64,000 nt of DNA from NCBI GenBank assembly GCA_030324005.1, contig JARDVH010000163.1, forward strand, positions 33,124,887 to 33,188,886, given 5' to 3'. Numbering within the stretch: position 1 is the first letter of the stretch; each line of letters starts with the position of its first letter. Origin of the DNA: Negaprion brevirostris (Eukaryota). A program made the position numbers and the translations under genes. The notes below the pieces were generated by a model. It was not told the origin of the DNA, did not search any database, and saw only the letters and a program-made list of their open reading frames with translations. This document shows positions 35,228 to 48,589 of this stretch, one piece after another.

Positions 35228-36050
35228 TGCCCAGAAAACAGGATCTGACAAGAGAGGTGTGTTTTCAGCCATCCAGGCACAGTATCTAGTCCATTGAAGT
35301 TGATTTTGCAGAGTTCAGACTGAATGCTTGTGGGGTTTCCTTCAAGAACATCAATGGTTACTTGATGATCCATCCGCTGAATTAGAGGATATGGTGGAAA
35401 CATTGTTGATGCAATGTCTCTCCCCACTTTTCCATGTCTCACAGTAGCACAGAAATATGGAGACGGCAGTTGCTCTGTGCTCTAGACTTTTACTGAGTTG
35501 CAGAGGTCATTGTTGTCAAACACTCACTGCTCTAGTTTGTAGAAAGCTGAGCTGATTAATCCGGAATTGGATCTGCTCATCAATGGTGACATTTTGAGAA
35601 ATGTTGTTGCCAAGGAATGGGAAAGCCTCAATGTATTCCAGAGTCTCTCCTTCAACTCCTATGGGAAGTGGAATATTTGCCTGGTCCGGTGCGTGCTGAT
35701 AAATGAGCTTTTTGGTAACATTCAAGGCAGGCCAAGTCTCTTGTATGCAGTGTTGAAGTTAAAAATAGAGGCTTGCAAATCTGATGTAGAGTGGGCAATG
35801 GCACAGTAGTCATCTACAAACTGTAGATCAAATATAATCTGTGGTGGTCAGTTTAGTTTTGACATGGAGATTAAAGAGTTTCCCATCTTGGCAAAATTTA
35901 ACGCTGATACCAGAGGGCAGTTGATCTTTAATGAGTTGAATAGCCACTCTCAAGTAAAGGGTTTCCTTACAGTTTTGGGGGTGAAAGTATAAATTCAATA
36001 CCTTTGCTTAACCACTTATGTGCTGATTGCAAGGAAACCAGTCTGACAGG
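35228..36050 (-). mobile_element. RTE-clade LINE, RT and C-terminal part
   Basis: DGKLFNL, DLQFVDD, GETLEYIEAFPFLG..IDEQIQFRI and QILFS motifs on the minus strand. Confidence 0.85.
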
Positions 36051-36180
36051 CTTTCTTCAGTTGGGGGTTATTTTTTATTGAGNNNNNNNNNNCTAATCCC
36101 CAACCCAGGGGATTTTCCAATTTTGCCGGGAATTGTGATAGCCACCAAAAGGTCCATTTGATTTGTAACAGCAAATAGTA

Positions 36181-36405
36181 GTGGCATCTGGTATTTTGCA
36201 TGCTATCCCTGTGTCCAGTTGTAGAGTACATGGGTGAACCACCATCATTGGGAGAGCTGCCACAAGCAATCAAACAGATGATAAACAACAAAGCTTGCAG
36301 CTTGATGATCTTCTAGCTGGAGCTTTTAAAGCTGGTGGATCTTTGTTCACATCAAGACACCATACACTCATCTTGTGAATTGGGATGAAAAAGAACTATC
36401 CCCCA
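36181..36405 (+). mobile_element. RTE-clade LINE pre-RT segment, in opposite orientation to 35228-36050
   Basis: Plus translation PPSLGELPQAIKQMINNKA..D..A.AFKAGG matches the RTE region upstream of RT. Confidence 0.75.
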
Positions 36406-36418
36406 CCTCTCTCACCAG

Positions 36419-36453
<35 letters not shown>

Positions 36454-37092
36454 ACANNNNNNNNNNNNNNNNNNNNNNNNNNNNNNNNNNNNNNNNNNNN
36501 NNNNNNNNNNNNNNNNNNNNNNNNNNNNNNNNNNNNNNNNNNNNNNNNNNNNNNNNAGGATGCTATGCAAGATAAGAGAGTGCAGATTGGATAGCAAGCA
36601 GGCTCTTGTTGGTAGAGGCTTTGCTGTGGAGAATGCACCAGTTGATGGTGATTGACAGTTAACTGCTGAACATTGTTTGAAATTTAAAGCAGGCAGCTTA
36701 ACCCTGATTGCCAAGGCAATGAGAATGGATTGATGATTGGCTGTTACTTTTACTGTTTAGATGAAACAAGTGCAATGTGTGTATGTGATCGTTCTGTCTG
36801 CAAAGAATAGGACCCTGTGTATTACTATCTCTGGCTCCCAAGACACTCAAATGCACCATACTGTGAGACTGATTGACAATCTTTAATTGGTTGTCAGCAT
36901 AATCCTTAGCACACTGAGGATTATTTAGCAAATACTATCCAATCACAGAATCACATCTAGTGTTGGACACTAATTCTTTTTCAGAAATATTCATGTTTAA
37001 TGGTTTCACACAATAAGCATAAAAGTCATCCAAGAGCCATAAAGTAATCTAGGAAATTTTGAAATTTAGAAATGACTTGGCCGCATCAAGCA

Positions 37093-37265
37093 TAGAATCA
37101 TGAAATCCTTACAGTGCAGAAGGATGTTATTCAGCCCATCAAGCCTGCACTGACAACAATCCCATCCAGGTCCTATCCCCATAAACACACGCATTCACCC
37201 TATCAATGCCTCTGACACTAAGCATCAATTTACTACAGCTAATCCACCTAATCTGCACATCATTG
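37093..37265 (-). mobile_element. HE1 3' part
   Basis: catagaatcatgaaatccttacagtgcagaagg..atccacctaatctgcacatc. Confidence 0.85.
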
Positions 37266-37324
37266 GATGAATTCTGGATTGTAGAGGTTATAGTATATCA
37301 TGTCACTATAATAGCAGAGAAAAC

Positions 37325-37477
37325 AGGATATGGGGTGAAAGCAGAATATTGGTTACTGGATGGGGGAGAGCGGGAATTGGTTACTGAGTTGAATGATCAG
37401 TCATGATCACATTGAATGGCAGAGCAGGCTCAAAGGGACAAATGGCCTACTCCTGCTTCTATTTTCTATGTTTCTAT
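37325..37477 (+). mobile_element. CR1 LINE 3' tail
   Basis: gaatggcagagcaggctcaaaggg..aatggcctactcctgcttctattttctatgtttctat. Confidence 0.85.
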
Positions 37478-37859
37478 ATTGCATGCTTCAATTGTAAATG
37501 CCTGTTTTTTCCATTACTTTTTTTAAAAGTTGGATTTGTTTGATTCAGATCCAGAGTCAAGACTTCTAGCTAAAGCTGTAGGCTTTGCTAAATCAGTCGT
37601 CCGTGTTCAGTTGTGCAGCACAGATATGATTCAATTGACACCTTTGGTTTATTGTTAATCATTGAGACTCGTAAGTATTATTCCACCCAGCAAAAACAGA
37701 TTAGTTGTTTAACTATCAGGCAAAAGCTGTTCACATTAAGAGAGCATATGTACCTCCACATTGATCACAACAATGAAAGATTTACTAAGTTCATTTTCTG
37801 GAAGAATCCTCTTTTCAGGCTTTCAGTGGGCATGAAGAAATCAACTTCCCACCGGAGAC

Positions 37860-38500
37860 AACTTGTTTGGCACTTGTGTTTTACACAGGAAGGAAGGGTC
37901 CTGTCGATAATTTGACAGACTCATTGACAACTACTCTCGACTCAAATGACTCTTTGGCCATGCCTCTTTAATTGTTTCTGTATTTCTATTTAAAGGATGA
38001 ACGTGCCTGTGGATGTCAATGATCAAGCACAGTGCTCCAGTTACGAGAAACTGCTGTCTGGAGTGCAGGCAGTTTTATTGCCTGCCTGTGCTGCTGTGTG
38101 AAAGCCCGATATTGTGTAAAACAATGCTGTCAAAGGTGGCTGCAGGCAAGGAAGAGTGTGAAAGTAACAACCTGTAAATGGATTACAGAAATAATGGGGC
38201 ACTGACTGGAGAAGTGATGCTGCAGTCTAACCAGAACCATTTTCAAAGTCTCTAACATAAACAGTCTCTTGTAGAAACTCTAAATACTGAGGTCAGGGGT
38301 TCAAGTAATGATTTTACACCAGTACTGCAGCAAAATAAATCAGTACCAAATCAATGCTCGGCCAGCATTTATAGTACATGGTTTCACGGCACCTGTAGGT
38401 AATGTATAACTTGTTTCCTTCGAGTTTTTTTTACACAATCAACACAAACTTAATTAAGAAACTCAATCCTCTAATAATTTGATTAACTGGTTAGCATTCA
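37860..38500. promoter_or_regulatory. Candidate conserved non-coding element
   Basis: Repeat-free; clustered tgaca/tgtca sites, aacaatg Sox site, gtaaatggatta; inference only. Confidence 0.3.
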
Positions 38501-38789
38501 ACATCTGAAGCAAAACTTCAATGAGCCTTCCTCCTTGTTTTGATTATGGTGTGTCATCATCCTTAAATTCATGCATCTCGAAATGCGAAAGATTTTCACT
38601 GATATGCCATTCAGAAGCCACCTCTTTCTGCCCAAGTATTTTTCATTACGTGCTGCTGAATGGATGCTCTTAGATTTCTGTACATGCAATATAATAAAGA
38701 TGGTGGTGAGCAACATTACATAATTTCTCCAATCTCCTGACTGATCTTTCTGTCTCCCCCTATTTCCTCAGCCTTGCCAGTGCACTTGG

Positions 38790-38985
38790 AACTACAAAAT
38801 CCCTGCAGTCCAAAAGGAGGCCATTCGGTCCACTTAGTCTGCACCAACTCTCCGAAAGAATATCTTACATAGCTCCCTCCCCCCAACCCGCCCTACCCCT
38901 GTAACCCCACACATTTATCATGGTTAATCTCCCCTAATCTGCACATCTTTGGACATTAGGGAGCAATTTAGCCTGGTCAATTCAA
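38790..38985 (-). mobile_element. HE1 3' part
   Basis: ggaggccattcgg..gcacatctttggac..gcaatttagc. Confidence 0.8.
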
Positions 38986-39323
38986 TTTATCATATTCATT
39001 CCATTTAGTCTTACTTTCAATCTTTCTCATTCACTCACTCTTTCTTTCTCTCTTCTTCCCCTTTGTACCCTAATATCTCCCCAGTTGTTTTGGTATTTCA
39101 TGCCTGCAATTTTTCACCCATTTTGTTTCATCATATTCTATTTTATTCTGGAAGGCAGAAGATAAATTACTTGAAAATAAGCTACTAAAAAGATTAAATA
39201 TCAATATAAATAAATCTCACAAAATACACAGTAAGTCAGAAGCTACTTGTTAACAAGTATTAATAAATGAAGTGGACTCATGACACTCCCCAAGTTGGAC
39301 AATACACTGTTTTGCAATAACTA

Positions 39324-40702
39324 GGCCATAGGTTTCTGCCCCCTTTCAGGGGAGAGCAGACTAGTGGTGATTTAACATGAGAATCACCACCCCTGAGGCA
39401 AGGGGCAAGGTTGAAAAGGTGGGGCCTTCATAAATAATCTCAGCCTGTACAGGGATTGAACCCACACTGCATCGCTAACCAGGGCCGTGATCCTCCCATC
39501 CGTGCTCCCCACATTTCTGGTGGATCCGGCCGGGAGATGTGCATCCTTGAATGGGAATTTGTGCATGTATGGAGAACACATGCACATCTCCCAGAGTGGG
39601 CCAACAGTCGCCGGTCAGACCGCGCTGGAAACCAGCAGGAAGGCAGGTACATAATTTAAGTCTTTTTTGACTTATTTTAGATATGTAGATTAGTTAATTA
39701 TCGAGACCTGAAAGGTCCTGATCGAATCTCCCACCCTGCCGGGAGTACTTCATTCCGGCTCCCACGTTCGGGAAGCTAGCGGGAGACACTGCAGGAATGA
39801 AAGGGGGAAGCAATTGGAGCACCCCAGGGGTTGTGTGGTGGGTGTGTGGGCCCCTGGGCATGGCCAGCCTGTGCCCCTGGCACTGCCCAAGAGATAAAGT
39901 GCCTATACCTCATCAGGCATTGGGCAGTGCCAAAGGGTGGGTGCCATGGGGAGGGGGGGAGGGGTGCGTTGNNNNNNNNNNNNNNNNNNNNNNNNNNNNN
40001 NNNNNNNNNNNNNNNNNNNNNNNNNNNNNNNNNNNNNNNNNNNNNNNNNNNNNNNNNNNNNNNNNNNNNNNNNNNNNNNNNNNNNNNNNNNNNNNNNNNN
40101 NNNNNNNNNNNNNNNNNNNNNNNNNNNNNNNNNNNNNNNNNNNNNNNNNNNNNNNNNNNNNNNNNNNNNNNNNNNNNNNNNNNNNNNNNNNNNNNNNNNN
40201 NNNNNNNNNNNNNNNNNNNNNNNNNNNNNNNNNNNNNNNNNNNNNNNNNNNNNNNNNNNNNNNNNNNNNNNNNNNNNNNNNNNNNNNNNNNNNNNNNNNN
40301 NNNNNNNNNNNNNNNNNNNNNNNNNNNNNNNNNNNNNNNNNNNNNNNNNNNNNNNNNNNNNNNNNNNNNNNNNNNNNNNNNNNNNNNNNNNNNNNNNNNN
40401 NNNNNNNNNNNNNNNNNNNNNNNNNNNNNNNNNNNNNNNNNNNNNNNNNNNNNNNNNNNNNNNNNNNNNNNNNNNNNNNNNNNNNNNNNNNNNNNNNNNN
40501 NNNNNNNNNNNNNNNNNNNNNNNNNNNNNNNNNNNNTTTAATGAGATTCATGATTGGAACCTCTGCATTGCACAGAGTGTGGAGTTTCGGGTGAGAAGCC
40601 GAACTGTCACGATCTAGAAGAGTTTTTGCTGCTAATTCCGCACTTTTGGGAGAATTGTTTCCCCCCCCACCAGGTGTCCAACTAACCGAGCTGACCAGCC
40701 CC
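39324..40702 (-). mobile_element. tRNA-derived SINE (39324-39481 + 40670-40702) split by a MITE
   Basis: Rejoined minus sequence ggggctggtcagctcggttagttggacacctggttagcgatgcagtgtgggttcaatcc gives a continuous A/B-box head. Confidence 0.75.
39482..40669. mobile_element. Large GC-rich MITE, TSD CCA
   Basis: cca|gggccgtgatcctccc ... gggagaattgtttcccc..|cca; interior partly in a gap. Confidence 0.7.
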
Positions 40703-41749
40703 ATGTGGGAGGGATGGGTTATATCATAATGCGCCTATAATATGACCGTACAAGAGCAGATAGACAGAAGGAGGCCTTTCAGCCCCCCCAGTCTATTCAC
40801 TGCAAGAACCATGAGCTGGATTATCACTCATCAGGAACTCTTTAAAAATGGCAATTGGGGCCTGGTTCAATTTTTCATGAATACTTTTTAAAAGCACAAG
40901 TTGGTTCAGGTCTCAATCCTGTACCCTGAACTCCCAACCTGATTGACTCAATTGCAGCAATAAGCATGTCCTATTCCTCTGCTATTTTCATGGAGTCAGG
41001 GCAGATTTTCAAAGCATCATGACTCATTGCATTTCACAGGTGTCATGAACCAAAGTCTGCACAAAGCAATTTCAAAAGCTCCTCTTCATGGCCCCTGAAG
41101 ATATGCCACAGCCCCTGTGGCCATTCATGGCCCTCATTCCAAAGTACACACTGCCCCAATGATCGTTCATGGCCCCCAGGCCAAGGTTTGCCCCCACCCA
41201 CCCCTATGGCTCCATATATCCCCCATACCAAGCTACTACGTTTTCAAGTCCATTCACCTAAATGAACCCTATAACAATCGTAGGATGTGTAAAAATTGAT
41301 TGTAACCAAGACAGTCATTCATAACTTTGCAAATTCTTTTTTAAAAATTGTTTTTACTTTAGCGCTATAAAAGTGTCAATTGCCTAGAACCTTTAAAGTG
41401 TCAATAGCTGAAACTGCAAGCAATTGAAATTTCTTTATCTTGTGTAAATAAACATTATGAAATTGACTGCAGGGATCAGAGAGCCAGAGCTGTCAAGCTG
41501 CCAATCCACCAATGTGTTCCCTGGGCACAGTTGTTTCAACAGCTTACCTGATTTGTGCATTCTCAATAATAGGCTTGCCTTTGCGAGTATTTTCTTCCAA
41601 GACAACTGAGCCGAGTTAGGAATTTTCCCAACTTCTAATACCCACCTCGAGGGTGCAATTCTGGGGCAGGCGAGGCTCACAGAACGGCATTCTCCATTGA
41701 CCCCGAATGATATCTTATGAGCCTGGGTCGGGCAAGGCAGTAACATTCC

Positions 41750-41950
41750 AATACAAGTCCTTTCTCTCCACCTCTGCCTTCTATTCCAACCCTCCCTTCC
41801 CCCTTCAAGACATTCTTTAGAACTGACCCCTCTGAACATTTTTTTGGTAACCTGTCCTAATATCTCCTCCTACATCCTGGTATCCTTTTCATTAGTTACT
41901 TGTCTGTGAAGTATCTTGGGATATTCTTCTGCATTCAATGCAGTCTTCCA
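41750..41950 (+). mobile_element. L2 LINE 3' end
   Basis: ttcaagacattcttta..ttttggtaacctgtcctaatatctcct..ctgtgaagtatcttgggat. Confidence 0.65.
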
Positions 41951-43023
41951 CCACATTAAATTATTTGCTTGTCACAAATAATACTGCAGTGGTAACGATA
42001 ATATAACAGCTCTTCTGGAGTTAAATAGATCCAAAGAAGTTTAACAAAATAAGGATGTATTTTTTCTTACTTGAATGTGTTATTGTTGCCCCAAGTCATT
42101 TACATTTGCTGGTCTTCTCTTCTTCTTAATGTGTTTGGTTGTAGTACCAGAATTACAGGATGTTTGGTTAATGTTTGACTTGCTGAAAGTGGTATGAATG
42201 AGTGGACCGGAAGCTAGAAGGCACAGTGGCCTTTTGAGGTCCAACAGATAATTTATCATGAAAAGTCTTTTTTAGAGCAACATTGGACTAACTATGCTGG
42301 ATGTGTATTTTTGGCAGACTAAAGGTTAAAAGATTGGTATAAATCAGTTTCTGTGTCCCTATGTCTCAAAGGATATACTAGCTCAGATCTCTTTCCCTTG
42401 GGTATCTATGGTAGACTTGGATAGATTTTATCAGGTAGCATTCCGGTGAACTAATATCAAGTGACACTCCTGAATTATCTCATAACTACTGCAGAAAATG
42501 GTTTGCTCTAAACCAGTTGATCCATAATCTTAAAAGATTAGGGTATTGATCTGATTCAAGTGTATTCAAACACTGCTTTGCAAGCAATGTTATTAGTGAT
42601 AATGCAGGTTTGCAAAAAGCGCGCCAGCACTTTCCCATGTGATAAAATGCTTTATCTTAGATGTACGTTGCAACCTGAGGAGTTGAGAGTCCTAGAGATT
42701 TCATCAATACTGTTTTGAATGATCATAGCTCTCAAAGTTAGTGGCCTTAAATTTATATCTAAAGCTGTTTACCTTGCCATCAAAATGAATCCAGATTTTG
42801 CCCAGTTGTTGAGCAAGAAAGTGCATTCTCGCAAGCGAAGGTCAGGCTTATGATTCAGAACACATTGCTAGGTTCCACCGACAGGCAGTTTCTCTAGGAA
42901 GTGGTTCTGCATTTGATATTAGATATAAAAGAACCTGATGTGCAATAGCACGGGGGTCCATCTTTGAATTAGTTGACACATTGCCAAACAAGACATTCTT
43001 TGCTTTGCGTTTTTAAGCTTATG

Positions 43024-43271
43024 GTTTTATTTATTAGTCACATATAAGGCTTATATTAGCACTGCAATGAAGTTACTATGAAATTCCCCTAGTTGCTACG
43101 CTCCGGCGCCTGTTCAGGTCGATGCACCCTAACCAGCACGTCTTTCAGGCTGAGAGGGGAAACCGGAGCACCCGAAGGAAACCCACACAGACACAGGGAG
43201 AATGTGCAAACTCCACCGAGGCCTTAACACTGTGAGGCAGCAGTGCTAACCACTGTGCCATCATGCCGCCC
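43024..43271 (-). mobile_element. V-SINE type 2 with internal deletions
   Basis: tttatttattagtcac tail, ctccggcgcctgttc body, head ending tgccgccc. Confidence 0.88.
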
Positions 43272-45223
43272 ACATGGTTGCCAATGACCAAAGTTGCACC
43301 TGCAAGCAGGATAGTACATTCTTCTGGAACACAGACTAACCTCTACTTTATAGAATAGGTTTATTTCACAATTCAGACTCTGCTGTTAGGCATAGCCAAC
43401 AAATAAGTTTTATTTTTAGTTTATAAGCTTGATCAGATCAAGCAGCATTGAAAGTCGGTAATAATTCTTGACACAGATCAGTAGGCATGGTCATGCGTAT
43501 GTGTCTGTCACCACACACAGTTTCCCCTGTCCATGATGTTATCAGTGTGTGNNNNNNNNNNNNNNNNNNNNNNNNNNNNNNNNNNNNNNNNNNNNNNNNN
43601 NNNNNNNNNNNNNNNNNNNNNNNNNNNNNNNNNNNNNNNNNNNNNNNNNNNNNNNNNNNNNNNNNNNNNNNNNNNNNNNNNNNNNNNNNNNNNNNNNNNN
43701 NNNNNNNNNNNNNNNNNNNNNNNNNNNNNNNNNNNNNNNNNNNNNNNNNNNNNNNNNNNNNNNNNNNNNNNNNNNNNNNNNNNNNNNNNNNNNNNNNNNN
43801 NNNNNNNNNNNNNNNNNNNNNNNNNNNNNNNNNNNNNNNNNNNNNNNNNNNNNNNNNNNNNNNNNNNNNNNNNNNNNNNNNNNNNNNNNNNNNNNNNNNN
43901 NNNNNNNNNNNNNNNNNNNNNNNNNNNNNNNNNNNNNNNNNNNNNNNNNNNNNNNNNNNNNNNNNNNNNNNNNGGTGGGGGTGTCAAGAAAGAAGCACCC
44001 TCACCTTTCACTGATCAGCAGCCCACAAGTTAAACTTGCTGGGCTATCTGTTGGGTGCAGATGGGTCTCACATTATATCAGAGTGGCAGCAGGATGAAGC
44101 CTTTAATTTCCCACTTTGAAGCTTTGGTTGGCCATGGGTGAGGCTAACCACCCACTCAAGCCCTAAGGGGCACTATGAAATCACGGAGTCATGCAGGGGC
44201 CAGAAACAGGTGATCTGGCAGCAGGTATGCCATTGAAAGCATTCCACCCTAATATATGGGTTCACCGGCTGTTTTCCTGCCAACAGGTGGCCCCTAAAAT
44301 TCAGCCCGTGAATCGTATATAAAAAATAAGCAATTGAACTGGTAATTCCTGCTACACAATGGAGGCCCAGCAGCAGTGGCCATTTTATACTTCAACAGTT
44401 TTAAAAGTGCTCAGAGGACGCTTTAAGATGGAAATTCTGTGGCTTCAAGAGACCACCCAGCATGTTTAAGTAGATGATAAGCATGCTTTCTGATCACTAA
44501 TTGGTCAATTCAAGCAAAATCAGTATTAGGTGACTGTTCCTGATACATTGCAAGTTTAAACATCCCCCCTCCTACCCGCAAGCAATGTGGCTTTATGATC
44601 CCCTTGGTGTTCTGTCCTTTGTGTCTTTCTCACAGCTTACTTTCCCATCAAGCTATGTACTGTGAACAAACCTGGGTACATTGCACTCAGTATAGCACAT
44701 AAAGAGGCCATTTTTGCTGGCTCTTTAAGTAGTTCAATTAGTCACACTTCTCCGCCTCCCTATAATTCTGAAAATTATTGAATGTTTTATCCCCTAAGAT
44801 GAATGAGTACCAAACCTTAAAAGATGGGGTTAAGGCATAAATGTTGCAGAGTGTTGATCAACCTATCATGATATCAAATTCAGTCCCTATCCTTGGTCAC
44901 CTTTCTTGCTCAGCAATGGAAATAGGGATCAGCATTGTACTTAGTAAGCATCTGTCTGTAACGGAGACTGACTTCTCTGTTTTGTGTTACTGTGGAATCC
45001 TGTTATTAGTAGCAGCTTTGATAAAACAATTGATAATAACTACAGTTATCTGAAAGAAAGTAACAATCACATTCACTAAGATAATTGAAAGCACTGAGCT
45101 TTAATTATTGAGAACATTCACCAACTGAAAGGTGATAATAGAGAAGCAACCGTGATGGACAAAGAATAATCCAATCAAACACCATCAAAATATGGCATTT
45201 TCACCCCATAGAAAAAACACATG

Positions 45224-45359
45224 GGGCTGAATTCTCCAATCTCATCCATTCCTGCCCCACTGCCAGGGAGAATGGAAAATTTGGCGCTCAGCCAAAATTC
45301 CATTCATTACAGCGGCACTGGAGGATCCCAATTGCTGGTGAGGTCCGAGGTTTCCTGCG
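45224..45359. mobile_element. 136-bp MITE (second small family), TSD ATG
   Basis: atg|gggctgaattctcc ... |atg; core ttggcgctcagccaaaa shared with 58843-58975. Confidence 0.65.
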
Positions 45360-45514
45360 ATGGTTTTCTAACTGTGTTCAATACTTGTAATAACAAAGAA
45401 GCCAAACTCCCTTGTCAGGCAGCTACATAGGTTCTTTCTTATGTTCATAATCATCTGCCATTAAATTCATTGGTTTAAGACCACTGCTGTCATGACATTA
45501 ATCATGTTACACAG

Positions 45515-45880
45515 TCATTGAGCTATTGAGCTTTACAGCATGGAAACAGGTCCTTCGGCCCAAGATGTCCATGCTACATAGTTTTTACCATTAAGCTAAT
45601 CCCAATTGCCCATGTTTGGCCCATATCCCTCTATACAAATCTTACCAAATTGTACTCATCTCCACTACTACCTCTGGCAGCTCATGCCAGACATTCACAA
45701 CCCTCTGTGTGAAAAAAAAATCCCCTCTGGACGCTTTTGTATTCCTCCCCTCTCACCTTAAACCTATGCCCTCTAGTTTTAGACTCCCCTATCTTTGTGA
45801 AAAGATGTTGACTATCTTCCTTATCTGTGCCTCTCATAATTTTATAGACATCTATAAGACCACCCCTAAGCTTCCTATGA
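45515..45880 (-). mobile_element. CR1 LINE 3' end
   Basis: cagcatggaaacaggtccttcggccc..ctctggcagctc..ccttaaacctatgccctctagttttaga. Confidence 0.85.
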
Positions 45881-46335
45881 GGCTTGTGTTATGTTATATC
45901 AGTGGCAATGAAGTTAAAAATACTGAGATTAAAATGGAAACCAGACAACATTAAACTGTATGCATGTGCTGAAAATACATTTCCAATCAACACTTTTGTA
46001 TTCCCAATTAGCAATTATGAAATGCAGTATAGAATGAAGAAAGAATTCAGTAGTCAGCGTTGGATTATTTAATTGCCATAGGAAGGAATTTGCTGTTCCT
46101 GTGCTTGAGATGATTGCCAGTGTTTATCTTTGCTCTCTGGGATGACCTTGCAGAAGTGAGTAAAGATCATTCTAGTAAAACCCCCCTTTCAACACCCAAA
46201 ACATCACCCATCTCTGTCCTGATCGCAAACCAAATATCATTTCACATCTTTGCCACAGTTGGAATTGACTAATTAGCCTTCCACCCTCCATTCTCTGAAC
46301 AACAGCACGTCCAAAACCTTGATTCCCATGTCCTT

Positions 46336-46603
46336 GGACAGCACAGTGGTTAGCGCTGCTGCCTCACAGTGCCAGGGACCCACGTTTGATTCTGGCCTCA
46401 GGTGACTGTCTACATCGAATCTGCACGTTCTCCCTGTGTATGTGTGGGTTTCCTCCCACATCCACTGATGTGCGGATTAGGTGGATTGGCCATGCTAAAT
46501 TGCTCCATAGTATCAGGGTAAATCTGTGGGGTTTCGGGGGTGGGGGCTGAGTGCAAGCTTGATGGGCCAAATGACCTCCTTTTGTACCGTAGGGATTCTA
46601 TGA
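46336..46603 (+). mobile_element. HE1 V-SINE
   Basis: cagtggttagcgctgctgcctcacag head, V core, gggattctatga tail. Confidence 0.92.
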
Positions 46604-48589
46604 TAGTCCACACTGGGTCCCATTCAGCTAAAGAATAGTAAATTTTGGAGGTTTACAAATTGACTGCATTCCTGAATTCTTAATGAATACTCCCAGGCTA
46701 CCAAGTACGAGCAAAGCAGAAAATGCACCACTGTACATTACCTGCTGCATAACATAGAATACATTGCAATCCTCAGTGTGTTATTTCCAATACACACTAT
46801 ATATTCTGACTTTACATGTAGATATTATTCAGGCTTGTACCTTCCGACATGTAATTATTTTGAACAGACCTGGATTTATTTTCTCTTCAAGCTCACAGCT
46901 GGCTGATTTATTTCTTGTCACACTCCAGATTTTTTTTTGATGCATGGAAGATGGCTAAGCTCAGAGTGTGAGACTTGTATTCCCAGATCTCTGAAATTAG
47001 TGCCAGTAACCTGCTGCTGGAGGCTAAATCCTGAATAACTAAAGCTTAGGCTCCAACTGGATTTACGGCACAAACTTCATAATTGATACGCAAACGGCAA
47101 GCCATTGGGAATCAGTCCCAGGTTTCATGACTGCAGTGGATAATATGCTCTCCCCCTATTCCACACCCACACCTCGACTTCCAGTACTGTAGATTTTGTG
47201 ACTTACAATCCCCGAGGATATGCATCAGACACATTGAGAAATGTATGCACCACCTTCCAGTCAAATTGAGTATTTGTATTAGTTTGTTTCAGAGTGGAGC
47301 TGATGTTTCTTGCTGAAAATGAGGTTGTTTGTGGTATTTGGCCAATTCACTTGGATTTAAACAACATATTTAAATGTTACATCTAAATCCAACTCTACTT
47401 ACCCAAGTCTGCCTGAACATGCAATAGACGGGAAGGGGGAGGGTAGCAATNNNNNNNNNNNNNNNNNNNNNNNNNNNNNNNNNNNNNNNNNNNNNNNNNN
47501 NNNNNNNNNNNNNNNNNNNNNNNNNNNNNNNNNNNNNNNNNNNNNNNNNNGCATTTGGATTTAGTTGAGGGAAATGTGTCTGTTAACAGATTACCAATAA
47601 GTGCAATGGGAAAGAGGATGTAGATGTGTGTGGTAATGGTTTTTCAACTATGTTAAGAGTCAAAACCCCATCAAAGAACCTGCAGGATCACAGAGAATCT
47701 GCAGGACAGATTTGGGTAGAGTCCCAAGTTAAAGTTTTAACTGGTTGTTCCCACTGCTGAGAATAATGCTGTTACATTGGAAATAGTCCTTGCTAGAATT
47801 AAGGTCAAGTTGCTGATCCTGATGGTATTAACTCAAGGGTTTGAAAGAAATGGTTATGTAAAACCAATGGCTTATATAGTTAATTTCTCACAGAGATCTA
47901 GGATTCTTCTCATGGATTGAAGAGAGACAGGGAAAAAACTGGATAGGGAATGTCTTCTGGCACAAACCGAGTACTGCACCAGAACAAAGGGACCAAAATC
48001 CCACTCAATATTAGCCTTGGACCTCTTTTAGATTAGACCAGTTAAATAACATACTAACATCTGCTGTTTAATGTCCCCCAAGGTATTTGACAGCAAGTAA
48101 GGGAGATACAATTGATTGCAAGGGAATAATCAGGAGGATGGTCAATCAGGAACAAAGTAGGAATTGAAAATGCAGGCAGCCAACTGAAAAGGTGAAAGGG
48201 CTATTGGGGTGAAATTGATTGAGAGTTGAATAGTGGTCTTTGAGATTGCTGTTGAGCATTCCTGTTCTCCTAGCTTCAGATTTTTAGGTGGCAGTCTTTC
48301 AGCAATTTCTTTAAGGGCCACTAGATGAGATTGCAAGTAGATTTGCTGATCCTGGGAGCTGCAAGCACAACACCAGCTGAGTCCACAGAGACTCAATTTT
48401 GGGAAATCACCCCTGAAATGAGCGTGAGGTCCCCAATTTGCATATATTTAGGGGCCAATCCCTGTTTCAGGTTTTATACTCAGTTGTTTCCAGTTGGTGA
48501 GTGATGTACTTCCAATATGGAATGTATGTGCGCACACTGGCCGCAGCATTGTACATGTACATCCATTGATTTCAAAGCTGATATCTTAC

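Noticed and set aside
36419-36454. 36-nt poly-C run giving poly-Pro/poly-Gly ORFs and a possible G-quadruplex
   Set aside because: Abuts an assembly gap; length unreliable and probably a sequencing or assembly artefact
36560-36860. Block that looks like an interspersed repeat
   Set aside because: No second copy, termini or coding motif in the window to support a call
46336-46410. tRNA-like A/B boxes here and at other SINE heads
   Set aside because: They continue into SINE bodies and lack a full cloverleaf; not tRNA genes
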